A program made the position numbers and the translations under genes. The notes beneath the pieces were generated by a model that saw nothing but the letters and a program-made list of their open reading frames with translations, ran no database searches and was not told where the DNA came from. A DNA stretch of 60,545 nucleotides, counting the filler, from Sphacelaria rigidula (taxonomy: Eukaryota), in NCBI GenBank assembly GCA_964200075.2. It is 9 parts of 9 records of this genome, joined end to end, with 100 filler letters (N's around TTAATTAATTAA, not from the genome) between each part and the next. Parts side by side here need not be neighbours in the genome. Positions count along the whole stretch, not along the records: positions 33,694 to 40,331 come from CAXNAA020018908.1; positions 40,432 to 47,069 come from CAXNAA020018909.1; positions 47,170 to 53,807 come from CAXNAA020018910.1; 6 more parts are not named here. One strand, written 5' to 3'. How positions within the stretch are numbered: the first letter of the stretch is position 1; every line of letters begins with the position of its first letter. Positions 34,956-49,070 of the stretch are shown one piece after another.

Positions 34956-37900
34956 CCAACGAAGGCACACAAACGATACGGGCGGAGAGTATCGTTGTTT
35001 CTTTCTCTGATGGTATCGTCATCGACACTCGCGTACACAGCAGTCGTTCGGTTCATTTAGCCACAACTGATTATTCACAGTTGCAGAGAATCGGGGGGAA
35101 ATACGGTATATGTCTGTGTTACTGTTTCGCGTCATCTCTGCAAAAACGATACGTCACCTGAACCTCTTTTCCGAGATCAACCCCATTTTTCAGGATCTGC
35201 GTTCATCTGGTGGTTCACGTGTTGTCTAGGGGTTTGATGGGCGAACTCCAGAGGTAAATTCACACCCTGGAGAGTTTTGTTTCACCAAATTTACTCAGAG
35301 GTACCCTCAGTAAAATATGTGCTCAAAGGAATCATGTACCGTCTAGCGGCTTTGTTTCTGTCCACTCCAGAGGCGTCATGAACGACCAGATGGTATTTCA
35401 TCCAAAGAGAGGGCCATTCGTCCCTCCACAGGATGAAAATCACGATAGAGGATTTTCAAGCAGGAACCAAATGGCCGCGTGTAAAGCATGCGTCCAAAAT
35501 CGGGCTTCACATCCCGAAGAATAGACATTTGGATGGAATTCGTCGCATTCAACTGAAGTACGTAAACCAACGATCATTGTTTGACGCTTTGAAGAGTACG
35601 AAATCTACCGATGAATAAAAGCAGCTGTGATTTTGCGCCGACCAAGTGGAAACATATCTCTTCATATACGAAGAGTTCAGCAACCATCCACGTCCTGAAT
35701 GAAAGGCCTGATCATGAACGAAAGGTGTAATCCACCTGCCGTTGTCCATCGCGATGACGTTTGACGTGAATATCCATCTGAAGGTGGAGTGAATGCTGTG
35801 CGAGATCACCGCACTTGATCTTCCACCCACTGTTTGTCCAGGCCGTTCTCGATACCTCGGAGCGAAGCGAATCAGAAACATGGTCTGGACTCCTCGGTGG
35901 GGTGATTCAAAACGTTTCCAAGACGTGAGATGTCGGTTATCCCTGTTTGGGGCCCAAAACGGTGGCAAAGGCCGCAAACGTTGGAAATACGACCCAATTA
36001 GGGCCTTTATGATTGACAAAAACCATATTTGGGGGAAGGTCCGAAATTTCGGCAATCGCCGGGGCTCATTATTATATAGATCTACTGCTGCTGCTGTTAG
36101 ATATCTCATTACAGATTGTGCTGATCTCGTCGTTTGCTTGCGTTCGCCAGCAAAACAAAGGACAGGGTTATACTTCCTGCCTGTGTATGGCGTTCATACC
36201 TGTGGTAACCATCTTTCGCACAACCTCTCTGTGACACGGTAGGGGCAGGCGGATAGGCTGCGTGATCGACCGGCTCTCTCGCAATGTTGCAGCAGCACAC
36301 ACGAGCAAAAATACCGACTGCTGAAAGCCCCGTGCATAGGTTGCAGCATGCTTGCTTTCTGTGAGTTGTATGCGCAGATACACCCACTAAACCCACCAGC
36401 TATACACGTTTTAGATGGTTCGGTAGCGCACGCTCGTAGCAGCACTGCAGGCAAGTAGGGAGCTACTGTAGTGTTTCTGCTCTTCACTTCGAAAGTGCGT
36501 ATGTCTGCAAACAACAACGACCATGGTGCTTGACCCTAATAACAGCGCCAACACCGCTGCCGGGGCACACACCGTCTAAGGAGATAAATACCGCCAACCC
36601 GCGGTGCGTTTCGCTCTACGACATAGCCCAGGGTGTCATTATTAAGGTTTCTGATGATTTGCGCATGCTTGCGAGCGCCACGGTGTGCTCCAAGGGCAGC
36701 CGTGCAGAGTAGTGCGCTACGGTCCGAAATACTCGGCGTTCACCAAACATGAAGGACTGGCGGGAAAATGTAGTCGCTTCATTTTCGGAGAACGCCAAGC
36801 GGCAGGTGCGAAAACGCCTAAAATCTTGGCGATCCCGAAAAAACTGTGTACATAATAACGGCCCAAATACCCGCAGACACCGCATTTTATTTTCCAGTCG
36901 CACTTATTCTCCAGAGGCCATTCTCGAAATCCCTGAGCCAAGCGAATCGCAAACGTGAGCTAGACTCCTCTCGGTGGGGTGATGGAAAGTGTTCACGACG
37001 CATAATGGCGATCTTCTCTATTTGAGGGCCCGCAACCGTGTTACATGCCCCACAAATGGGAAGTACGACCCCTCCAAAATAGAAACCTTGAGAAACAGTC
37101 AAATATCGCTTCTTACGATGAACGGAAACAATATATGTTGAACGCGGTGTTGAACATCGAACGGAAAAAAGGTTCTATACGATATTTCAAAATATCAACG
37201 GACAAGCGTCGATACCAATATGTTTTTCCATACTCGGAACATGAAGTGATACGTGTTGAGTATCGATACTCGATACGGTACTGCAACTTTGGTAGGGACG
37301 CAGCTTGCAAGACTTCACGGTACTACTCTGGCAAACTAGCAATCTGACGTGAAGTGGGATGCACGCCTGATTGTGTGCAGGTGCAGCAGCAGAAGAGTGT
37401 GATTTGATATTGGACATCATGGAAGTGGCGGCATCACACGCGGCGTGATGCTCTCGCCTAACAAACTCATTCTTCATCATGTAAGACAAGAAGCAAAAGA
37501 GGTCCTTGATCACAACGCCAGGTGCGATCTGTGATGCAGTGTTGTTCAAGCTGGTGATGTACATAGTACATCCCGCGGCCACGTTTCTGTAATGCTTCGA
37601 TCGAATGATTGCTTTCACCTTGAATCTACGCACTGCGCACTGGGAACACTCTCCTCATTACTTCAATGACAAACGCGCCAAACCTCGAACCTGCGCCATA
37701 AACGCAAATGCTCGCTCTCGCTTTTTCTTTCATTCGAACTAAACAAGGGAAAGCGTCGGCAGCATACGTCAATTTTCTTCATTGGTGGATGCCCAACGGA
37801 GTGGAAACCCCAGGCCCCAAGCAGAGAGCTGCTTTCTTATCGACTGGACGTCTCCAGTTCCCGTACTTGTACACGTAGGTGTGCAGGGATGGGTTGTGGG

Positions 37901-38303
37901 GAAAGTCCGAAGGATTTGCTACCTTCGCGGGTATTTTTGCTTTCCCGTTCTCTTGATTCTCGGGTGAGGGCACTGGGGCGGCCGCTGGTGCAGCAGCAGC
38001 CGCTGTACCAGACGACAGCTACAGACTATTTGACAGAAACGCCCACAGCAGACTCTTCGGTATGGCCGGCGAAAGAGTCGAACGTCCGAAGGCTCATGTT
38101 GCAGACCGGTGTGGTTCGCATCGAGTGGATTCCCAGTGCGCAGATGACGACGTGCTTAGTTTGTGGCGTGGGGGGTGTGGTAAGTGGTGGGTGGTGGGGT
38201 GGTGGGTGATGGGGTGGCGGGCGGTGGGCGGAGGTATGCGAAAAAGCGGGGAAGATATGCTGCCTACCTCCCCCGGTAAAAATCAACAACAACAACAACA
38301 TAT

Positions 38304-38431
38304 CGGCAGTATCGATATCCGATATCCGGCATCGATATTGATACGTATCGACGAATATCGACTTGGAAACCGGCGATCTCGATATGCTGTATCGACGACT
38401 TTTATCGAAGTCGTATCGATTTTCGATACCC
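38304..38431. repeat. ATCGAT/TATCGA-rich short element, probably a DNA-transposon subterminal region
   Basis: About 10 (t)atcga motifs in 130 bp. Confidence 0.5.
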
Positions 38432-40274
38432 TATTTTCAACAATGGTGATCTTCTGCGTCGCTTTACGTTTTAACAATGAGCTAGGTAGACTTGAATAGC
38501 TCAGGATGCCTTGCAGCAAGCTGTCGAATCAACATTTTGGGTTTCACACTAAAATGAAGTTTAAGCGGCATATCGTCTTTGCGGGAAGAGCGCAAGACAG
38601 TAAACCAAGGGAAACCATTCATTTTCGCCTCCGAAATCGGCAGCAGTGGAGCAGTAGGGGCTAGGTGCACCGGACGAATGTAGTGTACACTCGGGTCGAC
38701 GACGATACCACCGTAGGAGTAACGGCAGAGAGGATGCTCGTCGCCCGTATCATTTGGTATATCCTCGCTCGGCGATTTCCGATTGCCCGAGAGACTTGCA
38801 TCATGAATGTTACCAGTATTTACCCCATTTCCCATGTACCGGTGCGCAGGTTATTGCTGCGCAGCCGCCCAAAAAAGATCGAAGTGCCTTTTTGTCTGCG
38901 GAACTTACTAATGCAACAATATGTTCCTCTCTGCCTCTAGTTTTGGACAGGACGCGCCTCTTGTGAAGACAGTCTGCCTACTAGTGTAACGCAGGTCGCA
39001 GGTTATAAGTGATGCGTCGATGTCGGCATAGCGCACAAGGTATGGCTTGTGGATCAAGCCCGATCATGAGCAGTTCAGCGCTAGAAAAGACGTATAGTAC
39101 AAGGAATGAATTAATATTCATGTCTACAGAAACAATCAGCCATGCAATACCTATTTTTCTGCATCTATGTACAGATCATGAAGATCCACCTATACATGAC
39201 GAGTACCACGACAGTGGCTATACTTCAGCATCTTGAATTCATTTATCAAACTAATAACATTCTCTCACCTGGAATATATCTGCTAATAAACGCAACACGA
39301 TCAAGATGCCAACAACAAAAAGTACATTACGACCAAATTAAGCGCTGTCAATGTTTCCATGATTCGCGGTGGAGGCCTACTTTCGCCTAGTAAATCCTGT
39401 AACTCTATTTTTCATAAAACAACCTGAAAATACACCTTGTGAACAAGCTTCTCAAAAATGCCACCTGCACACACCGTGCGTCGCACTGTTTACGAATGTA
39501 CATCACAAGATTGTTTCTCTGCTATATAAACCGGGAATGACAAAATCCGATACAAGTATCTATTGAGTATCAACTACTTCCTCCCTGCTCGAATCCATCC
39601 AGTTTATACCGCAGCATCTTATGCTTGGTCAGGTTAATAAATCATTCAGCTGTTCTTTCCAGCTCTGATGACAAACTCGGAACAATGATCGAGTATTTAA
39701 TACTAAAAAGGATCATAACTACCACAACACACAGTCCCTCTCTCCTTCCAAAGATCCTCCATAGGTCTAAAAGTCCAAATATCTGGGCACAGGGGCAGTA
39801 CCTGCCCATATTTTAGCCCACCCAGGGAGAATACGTACATGATGCAATAGTGAGGTAAACTGTCCCCGCATAAGCTACATCCGCAGTCACTTTACACGGC
39901 ATACCGCTTCATGTGTGTACTTCGTGACTTGAAACGACCAATTTACCATCAGGTTGTGCATATTGCATGCACCCCCCCTTTCGTGCCACCAACAATTCAA
40001 AATGGCAGTACAGTATTGCACTCCACCACGCCCCGCTTCGAATGCGAGCCCCGTTTCGACAAACGTTTCTTATCTTTCAATCTACGTACAGCGTAGTCTA
40101 TAGTCTGGCGAGTAGTTTTGTCAAACATTCCCATCCCCAAATGTTAGCATCACCCGATTTCTCCACAAATGCTTTCCATTCAAGCTAGGATTTTCTGGCA
40201 CAGTTCAATCCTTTTGGAATGCAGAGTGTAGATTAAACTCACGTCGAACATGACTTTGCCAGACCTACCCTCAA

Positions 40275-40331
40275 GAGCCATCCTACGATAGGGGGGGGGG
40301 GGTACTCGGTTGCACGAAAAAAGAGGCTCAT
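40275..40331 (+). mobile_element. Left end of a Sola2-like MITE, cut by the contig edge
   Basis: gagccatcctacgataggggg...ttgcacgaaaaaagaggctca matches the element at 16047. Confidence 0.8.
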
Positions 40332-40431
40332 NNNNNNNNNNNNNNNNNNNNNNNNNNNNNNNNNNNNNNNNNNNNTTAATTAATTAANNNNNNNNNNNNN
40401 NNNNNNNNNNNNNNNNNNNNNNNNNNNNNNN
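40332..40431. other. Artificial contig spacer
   Basis: N44-TTAATTAATTAA-N44. Confidence 0.98.
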
Positions 40432-40989
40432 CACAATCCCGGGGAGCGGTTGATTCTCATTTCAAAATACGTTCTCATTTTTCTGGCAACCCTGTTAAAA
40501 GTGGAAACAATCACGCCGTTTCAAGGAGCTAGACCCTCAAATTTTGCGCAGCCGTGCTATGGGTTATTACGCAGCTTCGAATGAACGAGGTTTTTCGATT
40601 TTTGTCTTCTCGATCGTTTTACGGGGGTCCGATTGGATCGATATTTCCCGGACAAAACTGGAACCCCCGAAAAACGGTGAAAAAAATCAAGAAGTCGAAT
40701 AACCTCGACTTTCGAAATTTCCGTGATGCCCCATAGACCATCTGTGCACAATTTCAGAGTCTAACTCCTCAAAACGGTGTGAAAGTTTGCCGATGAGTGT
40801 TTTTTGGGTGATACGCCTGAACCAGCCCGCAGGATACGTTCTTTTGTTCCACTTGTCACTTACACTGGTCTGAAAGACACGCATTGGGTGAATGTTGTTG
40901 CGTCTGAGCTGTAAACCATCAACCAAATCTTGCTCAAAAACCGCCAATCGAAAATGATCAATTTTCCATTGTGAGTTCCAAAAGGGTTA
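40432..40989. mobile_element. Possible piggyBac-like MITE, right portion
   Basis: Ends gttccaaaaggg|TTAA, an AGGG terminus plus TTAA target. The left end is missing, so this is unconfirmed. Confidence 0.35.
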
Positions 40990-41542
40990 AGATCATGTAG
41001 TAGTATGTATTAATTAATTGTGCACGTATCTTTTCATTTTCGAAGTAGCCGCAGAGCGTGCATTAGCACGTTGGTCTGCATTCGCAGCGATACACCGACA
41101 TCAGGTTCATTCGGGAAACTGGAGAAGTTATCGGGTGCTGGAGAAAAGGCAGCTGTTGAGGCGGGTCCAGCTCGGATCCCGCTGTATGGATGCTAATTGA
41201 CACAACAGACATTCGTTTTCATCTGAAATGGAAGATTTTTGTAATCTTCGTCCGCGATTTTCAATGTTTTTTTCTCGTGCCACCGCTCATCCTAGCGAGC
41301 GTTTGGTGCCAACGTTTGAGAGTCGGGAGGTACGAGGCATCCGATGCACATTCCGAAACAAAAATCGTATCTGCGCTCAATGTTGAACGACTTCCGAGCT
41401 GAATCGACAGGGGGTGTTATCCACCGTTTTTGTTCCAGAACACATTTCTGTTCCGCTCTTGCGCAATGAGTAGGTGAAAATAGAAATAAATGGCTTCGTG
41501 AAGTCATTCATGAGAACGACCAGAATTGGGTCACCCCCGCCT

Positions 41543-44117
41543 GTGCTATGCAGAGCTCGATCGGGCAACCTTAGTTTTTGGGTGCTTTTCTGAATTTTCT
41601 AGAGTAGTATCTGTCCTTGGCTCTGAAAGGTCCTACGTAACGTTGATAAATTTTGGGAAGAGGAGCAGGTCGAGCTCAACTCCATTGGGCAACTTTAGTT
41701 TTTGGGTGCTTTTCTGAATTTTCTGGTGTAGTACCTGTCCTTGGCTCTGAAAAGTCCTACGTAGCGTCGATAGATTTTGGGAAGAGGAACAGGTCGAGCT
41801 CAGACCACAACTCTCAATTGGTGTTGTCTGTAGACCCCTCCTGGACTCAAAACAAGGTCATGAGACTGCTCCAAGGGCTTCCTCCCTCATTAGGGCTTGT
41901 AGACTTCAAAACAGATGTTGTTCACAAACACACAGTATTCATTATCATAAATGACCTGCTGCACCTCGGTGGACACATATAATGTCAAGCAGTCATGTTG
42001 ATGCTCCAGAGAATACCTCATGACGTGATATCATGATGCAAACTTCGTATCCAAACCTCCATGCATCAACCTGCAGCTCCTCGTGCACATGGACGTGTAC
42101 TAGAGGTGGACTAAACTCTACAGCACCCCCAAACCTCCGCACTGCTCGAAGTAGAAAGCGAGTTTGACAAACGGTAGATACCGAGAATCACGTTGATGCT
42201 ACCTTTGTCCGCTTGTTAGTGACGCACGATCATGCAATATCATGTTCCACAAAGAAAGCGATAATTAGCAAAACGCTGAACATCGACAGTTGATGACAAC
42301 GTCTCAATCGAACTCAGTGAAGTCGATAGTTCAGTCACCGGCAGTTTCCAGTCGTGGCATACACACACAAAGCGAACGCGCCAAGGATAATACCATTTCA
42401 AACCGTAGCATTCGATCATATCATGCACTCAAAGCTTGATACCGCACTTTGCCTACAAACGTGTCCGCACCCTTTGCCTCAGTCCCAACTGACGCATCTC
42501 AAACCAAATATGCGGTGCTCCTTCCAGACAAATGAGCACACTATCCACATGTCCCTTTCATTCAGATGCGAAACGCTATCCATATACTTATCCAAACACA
42601 TAGCAAGCCATCGAAGACGTGCCACAGTCAAATATCACTGTATTCGCGCATGATTTATTTATCTTCAACCTCTGGAAACACTCGCGTTACCCTGCTCACA
42701 TGCAAGCCAAAATATGTCGTATGTTCCGCTTATTTTCACGCCAACAGCATCAATTACCATCCCCTACAGTCAACAGCATCAATTACCGTGTAAAGATGAT
42801 TCCACTTTCTGCTCGAACAAGATTATACGAACTTCACTTCATTCAGCATACAGTAGTATATTGAAAACTGCCTTACTCTGACTCTCCACCAGACACCATG
42901 CATCTCAGTAACTTTCAAGCGAAAATCCACATATGCATTCTAAAACTTCACTCAACGGCTTCTTTCTTTGCAGAAATCACCATGTGTTATGCGTGCCAAC
43001 CAGAGCAGCACAACACACAGATCCAGAAACAACGCCACAACCAACTACAGTCGTCCACAAAAAGATTCAGGTATACAAGTGATAGTGCGCTTCCTCAATT
43101 TTCAACAAGCAATTACACCAGTACTTGCTCCTCAACATCACCCAACCTAGCGCTCACCAAAACATCGAGCACCTCAGGAAATTCCTCCTTTGTTGTTCGC
43201 CTGCGCTCCTGGTGAGAAACAGCAGAACTCCGGCTACAGTCTCGTCTACACCGTAGTGCGGCATTTCCACTCGAACAGTCGCTCCTCGCATCATAGCCAC
43301 AGCTACAGCTCTCTTTGCTCTCCCGGAGATCAGTGGTCAATGCCCGCTGCACGCCAGGTACCAAACCCACCCAGGTATTAACATCGCGTCTTCCTCCCGA
43401 CATTATGACATTCAAGGTGTAAACAATGTCACGCATCGTTCGCTCAAGTTCAGGATGTGACAACGGCGAGTTAGCCACCACGAACCTGCGATCCACCAGT
43501 GCTTTCTCAAGCACTCTCACCACACGGTTCTTATATTGCGATGCCGTATCGCTGACCCATCCGTCCGGCGGCCCCAGCGCTTTGCACCATGTCAACAGAG
43601 GCTTCACCGTCGTTGCCGCTCGGGTCATCCATCCTTAACAATATGTACTTGAACCGATCTCCTTCGTCACCCCCCCTATCTCTCCGCGGACCACTCTCGC
43701 CAGCACTGAAAAAATTGAAATGAAGCACCTTCTCTAGGCGAGTACCATGCACTACCTCCTTGTGGGGACGGGGAACTTGCTCTCCCGCCTTGTAATCCCG
43801 AATTTCTTGAGCGTTGCAATTGCATCTCTCGCCCACACTACCTGCAAACTGCAGTACACGAGCCCGAGCGCTACCAATGTCGCGATGCAGCGTGCCAACC
43901 ACGCCATCCTGACCGAAAAGTATGCCCTCGGCCGAGCCTTTGCCTCCACAGCAACAGGATCGAATTTCACCTTCAAGGGCTCGGCACGAGCAGGCGGGTA
44001 ACCATGTAGCACTCGCCGAAAAGCGTTCGCTCTGTTCCGTACAAGCTCACGAATCTGGCTCACGCCGCTCTCCGATATACCGTTATCCGCGGCGGCTTGT
44101 ACCGCCTCCTCTGGCGC
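41543..44117 (-). mobile_element. Internally deleted Gypsy remnant with 3' LTR starting at 42122
   Basis: RT N-terminus (AFRRVLHGYPPARAEPLKV..LVALGLVY) joined directly to integrase (VPRP..VHGT..VLHFNF, WVSDTASQYKN). Purine-rich tract then TGTAGAG, homologous to the LTR at 19014. The far LTR boundary is approximate. Confidence 0.8.
41563..41802. repeat. Tandem duplication, 124-bp period, 2 copies
   Basis: gggcaac.ttagtttttgggtgcttttctgaattttct...caggtcgagctca occurs twice. Confidence 0.92.
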
Positions 44118-46901
44118 CACCCGTGGACAGATAGCACCCTGTGGGGCGCACTGTGCAGGGTCCGTGCAGGGTCCTCCGCAGTCTTTGTGGAAAAACCCTG
44201 ACAGTGAAATGCAAAATCTGTACCCATCGCAGCGTTTTGATAGGGTTTTCCCCAGGGTTGGATTTGCAGCCCTGTGTAGGCACGTCAGCAAAGCCCTGCA
44301 CAGTCATGTGGTAGTGTGTTGGTGAAAAAACCTCAAGTTTTGTTTTCGAAAATTCCGAATATTTTGGTACAAAATCTGTGAATTTATATATCTTCAATAC
44401 CTTGTCCTCCTGTCCGAGGTAAATTCCTCTTCATCCGATTTGAATCGAGCGAAAAGGAATTCAGTTGGGACAGAAGGACAAGCTAGATCCAAAACAGATC
44501 CTCTTCTCGCCCAATTGATTTCGGCAAAGAAAAATTATTTATTTAGAACAGCAGAAGAAGCTGTTCGAGATCGATCTTTTTTTCGCCCATTTTTGAGATG
44601 AGCGAAAAAAAGATCTGTTTCGAACAGCTTCTTCTGCTGCGCAAATCCCATGCACACCGGCAGATTTGGAATTTGAACAGCAGAAGAAGCTTGAAATAAG
44701 TATTTACTTCTCCCTCCAATTCCATCCAGAGATTGGGGGAAAAGAAATTATATTGCGAGCAGAATCAGCTGCTGGGCAAATCACGCATACTGCATCGTCA
44801 CCGGCGCATGGGATCCGACCACCGGAAAAAGTTGCTGAAAGGTATTCATCCTTTTGCCCCCCAGTCCATGTGTACATGGGCTAAGGGATGAATAGCTCTC
44901 AACCGCTTTCGCTGAATAGAGATCCCACACGTTGGATACGTGTGTATGTCCACACCTGTGCTTCGTCTGAAGCCCTCGGGAAGGTGGGAAGAGGCCAGGT
45001 GATCGGGTATACCTCGTCAATGCATCTCCATTTTTCACAAAACCCCGTCTTCCGTCGTCTACCAACACGAACCATGTTTAGAAAATATCACTTAATCAAT
45101 CGTATATGAATAGTATATGTGGACCATCACTCCGTATATTTATCACCGCACACAAATCGAACATCAACAAAAGCACCCGCCCGCACAACAATGTTATTAT
45201 TCTGCCCAGCTATACCACCACAACCCGATACACACAAATCGAACATCAATAAACGCACCCGCCCGCAGAACAGTATTTCCCGCCCAGCTATACCACCACA
45301 ACCCCGCAGCAAAGAGCACGGGTTGGGCACAGGGATATAGACACATACACACTGCCGTGCGGGTGGATATGATGTCTTTCTCGTTGGTGGAAACTTGAGC
45401 ACCTACTTCTTTCATGGTCGCGACATCGCGCGGCGACGACATACGCGGGGTGCGTATATACAGGCACGGATGCGAAGAACAATATTCAACCGGCCGCCTA
45501 TGGTATGCATATACACACTCACCATTATATGCATGCTGCGGATCGCGGACGCACCGCGATATAACATACTGTAGTGCAGCATACAGGCCGCGCGTACGAT
45601 TTGCTGCACGTTGTTCAAGTCCTTTTCACGTCGCACTGTAGGTAGAGAACATATATATACACATTGTCCTGCGCTGTCTGTACTATATACTTTCCCCCTT
45701 CCCTTTCACGCCCTACTTACTGTGCTTCGGCAGCTGTGCGCGCAAGAATATGATGTGGAACGGGCGTGAAAAACTGGATTTCGTGACGGTATTTAACACC
45801 CGCCCCATATATCAAAATAAGCTGCAGGCATCTATACATTGTATTTATAGCCAACCATCTGCAGTACATGGCGCCGCACGTACAAGCACGGCGGTATAGC
45901 GCACTGTCCCGCATGCAATGGTATTGCACAGTCCAGTATAGTTATTGTTGTGACTATATATCCCGATTATGCAGTATGCGATAAGATCGATGTTTCATTA
46001 TCCCCTGTATATTGTGTTAGTTTCGTCGACGCGGGACTACGGGGTTTTCATCAGGTGTGTGCATCTATGAGCGAGATCAATTGCTATCTGTTATCATAAA
46101 AGCTTGCGTGCAGTAAATAGGACTTGAACAGCTGAAGCTGCTCGCGAGCAAGTTCGTTCTCCACCCAATTTCAGGTGTTCTTGGTGGTGTACAAATTCCG
46201 TCTGCGATATACAGTGTATATGGGATTGTCTGTACAGCTGAAGCTCCTCGGAATGAATCCTTTCTCAACTATATTCCAAGTTTGGAATTAGGATTTATTT
46301 CGAATGAAGCCTTTTTGCTCTATTCCAAGTTTGGAATTAGGATTTATTTCGACCAGCAGCGGCTGTCCAAGTTCCAGATTTCCATTACACTTGTGCCTCT
46401 AAAAACAATCCGGGGGATTTCAGTGTTACTGACACGGACCTTCGAGGGCCCCAAAATTCAAAAGTACAAAAAACTGCACCAATCCTTAACGACTACCACG
46501 CGTCGCTCCGTCTGTAAGACAGAGATTGTGCAACGACAAAGGTCCGTGATCGATTCCCCGTCCAACCTAATCAGTTCCTTTTTCCGCCAGTACCTTGCGC
46601 CCGCAGCTGCATGTGAAGAGTAGTGTTTGTGCGAAAACACACTGCACAGCATTCCCAGCAACGATGAACTCTTCACGGGGGGACGGAACCCTGTGGTGCA
46701 CACTATTCATGATCACTGTAGAGAAGCCCTGTGGAGAGGAACCCTGTGATGCACACTATTCATGACCACTGTAGGGAAACCCTGTGGAGCGTCCTGTGCT
46801 ACGCTGAAAAACACTGTACGGTAAAATTCCCGCCAGAGACACTGCGCAGGGTGCGTAAACCCTGTAGACCCCCTCCACAGGGTGCTATCTGTCCACGTGT
46901 G
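44118..46901. mobile_element. 2.8-kb non-autonomous CAC..GTG TIR element (CMC-like)
   Basis: TIR of about 28 bp, CAC(A/C)CGTGGACAGATAGCACCCTGTGG, at both ends, with ccctg(t)-rich subtermini. Internal duplications at 45150-45305, 46250-46352 and 46685-46790. No TSD was seen. Confidence 0.8.
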
Positions 46902-47069
46902 TTCTTCGTTGTTTGACGCCCTAAAAGAGAGCTAGGCGGCTAAGAACAGTAGTTTCGTGAGATTGAGAGTGGATGGTGCGATTGAGAGTAGGCTTTTCGA
47001 GGCTCTCTGCGGCGGGTTGTGCCTGCATTAATGGACACAACGCTTATCTCGTACAATGGTGCAATATTC

Positions 47070-47169
47070 NNNNNNNNNNNNNNNNNNNNNNNNNNNNNNN
47101 NNNNNNNNNNNNNTTAATTAATTAANNNNNNNNNNNNNNNNNNNNNNNNNNNNNNNNNNNNNNNNNNNN
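47070..47169. other. Artificial contig spacer
   Basis: N44-TTAATTAATTAA-N44. Confidence 0.98.
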
Positions 47170-47504
47170 TGTCTGATGACGTTTCGTTTCACGAAATGCG
47201 GTGGAATAACGGTAGGGAATTTCGCCGCACAGGCACGCGTACAGTAGACTGGTACTGGTGCGAGTACTGTAGTGCTGCAAGATGGCATCAGGGTCGTCGT
47301 CAACAGCGCCATCATGGGAAGCGCCATCATGGGAGAGAACCTCCCAGCCAACGGTCATTTACCACCGTAAGAGGGAGAAGTACTATTGATACCTCAAACT
47401 GTACAATACACCCCCAAGATGCAAGACCGTCACCAACATGTCGAAACCCTTCGCACTTCGTGAGGAATTATGCACAAAAAAAGCCAGATTGTGCGTAAAA
47501 ATAA

Positions 47505-47580
47505 AATGCTCGTGTCGGGATTTGAACTCGTGACCTCTGTAATAAGAGGCGGTTCTACCAGTTTGACCACCGGGTGCCAC
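47505..47580 (-). mobile_element. tRNA-like SINE head
   Basis: A box TGGTCAAACTGG and B box GAGTTCAAATCC; no complete cloverleaf. Confidence 0.5.
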
Positions 47581-47581
47581 A

Positions 47582-47880
47582 CGAAAGAGTGGATGCTGTG
47601 GGTAATTCGAAGAGTTAGGCGCTGAAATTTTGACACAACATGTTCATTATCACTGCGCACAACATTTCTCGGATGCATCCGTATATTTTTTTCTTCACGG
47701 TGTTATATAATTTTTTTAGTTTTTACAAAAAAAACTAACTTCCTGTTTTTGTTTTTTTGCGAATGCATCTCGAGAAATGTTGTGCGCAGTGATGATACAA
47801 ATGTTGTGTAAAAAATTCAGTGTCTAACTCTTCAAATTATCCACAGCAACGCCAAAATACATTCAAAAATCACTCTTCGC
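47582..47880. mobile_element. MITE with inverted arms of about 90 bp
   Basis: 47594-47681 is the reverse complement of about 47759-47850 (atcactgcgcacaacatttctcg.gatgcat), around an AT-rich centre. Confidence 0.8.
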
Positions 47881-48414
47881 TGGCTTAGCCTGTACTTGAT
47901 CCGGATCTTACGGGTGCGGAAAAGTGTTTCTTGGATACTAGATTCGAATTCCACGGGCAAGGGGCAGCTTTTGGTATACATGAGATTCGAATATACGCGG
48001 GTCGACAAGCTGCTGCGTTGGCCTGAGCCGTGTTATATAAGTGACAACTACGTAATGTTGTATAGACGACACAGTTCTGCAGATTAGTTGTACATGGAAG
48101 CGTGTGTGAAGCGGGTCGTACAGCTCGCCGCTCGGCAAATATGTACAGATCAAGCGGGTCCTACAGATAGATCACCATCGGACAAACGTGCACGGGTAAC
48201 AGCACACATCGGACAGATCACGATCCATGCCCGCAATGAGCTGACCCGGATCTGTCACGAGCTGATCTGTCCAACGTGTGTAAGAAACGTCCGATGTAGT
48301 GGACTTCAAGATTGTCATAAGCGACCATGGTGGTGGCCAACCGAGCGTTGAACGCTTGGATGAGGACGCCGCGATGAACGCGATGCCGAAAAAAATAATA
48401 TCGTATTGCTTTTC

Positions 48415-49070
48415 AAGAAACAGGACCAGCACGAATGCGACGAGTGCCGCGGTATTTCTCTCGGGTCCCACGCGGGCAAGCTGGTACTCAAGATAGTTGC
48501 GACTCGCTTCAGCGCCTACTGCGAGTAGAAGGGAATCCTCCCAAAAGCGCAAAGCGATTTCCGACCCGGCCGGTCAACAGCCGACATGATTTTCGTCGTG
48601 CGCAAGCTCGAAGAACAGGCCAGATAGGAGAATCTACCACTGAACACGTGCTCCATCGACCTCCCGAAGGCATACAACTCAGTGGACCGCTCTCTTCTCT
48701 GGAAGTTCTAGCACGCTACGGTATCCCCGCTAGGATGATTTCCATCCGGCAGTTCCACGACGACATGCGGGCATGCCTGCGCCTTGGCAGTGGAGAGACA
48801 TCTGAGTGGTTTAACGTTAACCAGGGCCTCCGCCAGGGCTGTGTGCTTTCCCTCGGTTTATTCAACATCTTTTTCGCAGCGGTGCCGACGGTGACGTTCG
48901 ACAGCTTCTCGATCAATAAAGAGCGGTGGTGCAGGACTGCATCCGCACCGCTGAAAAGGGGCGGGAAGATCAGGGACGAAAACTCAGCAAAGTGCTCTGG
49001 GCCATGCTATACGCCGACAACGCTGGCATTGCATCGCCCTGGCCACCAAGGTTCGTCTCCTGAATAATGA
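48415..49070 (+). pseudogene. RTE-type LINE reverse transcriptase fragment
   Basis: Across frameshifts: [80 protein letters not shown]. Confidence 0.92.

Noticed and set aside
37889..38209. Copia RNase H remnant (VRIEWIPSAQM)
   Set aside because: The resemblance is limited to about 12 residues with no supporting RT motifs.
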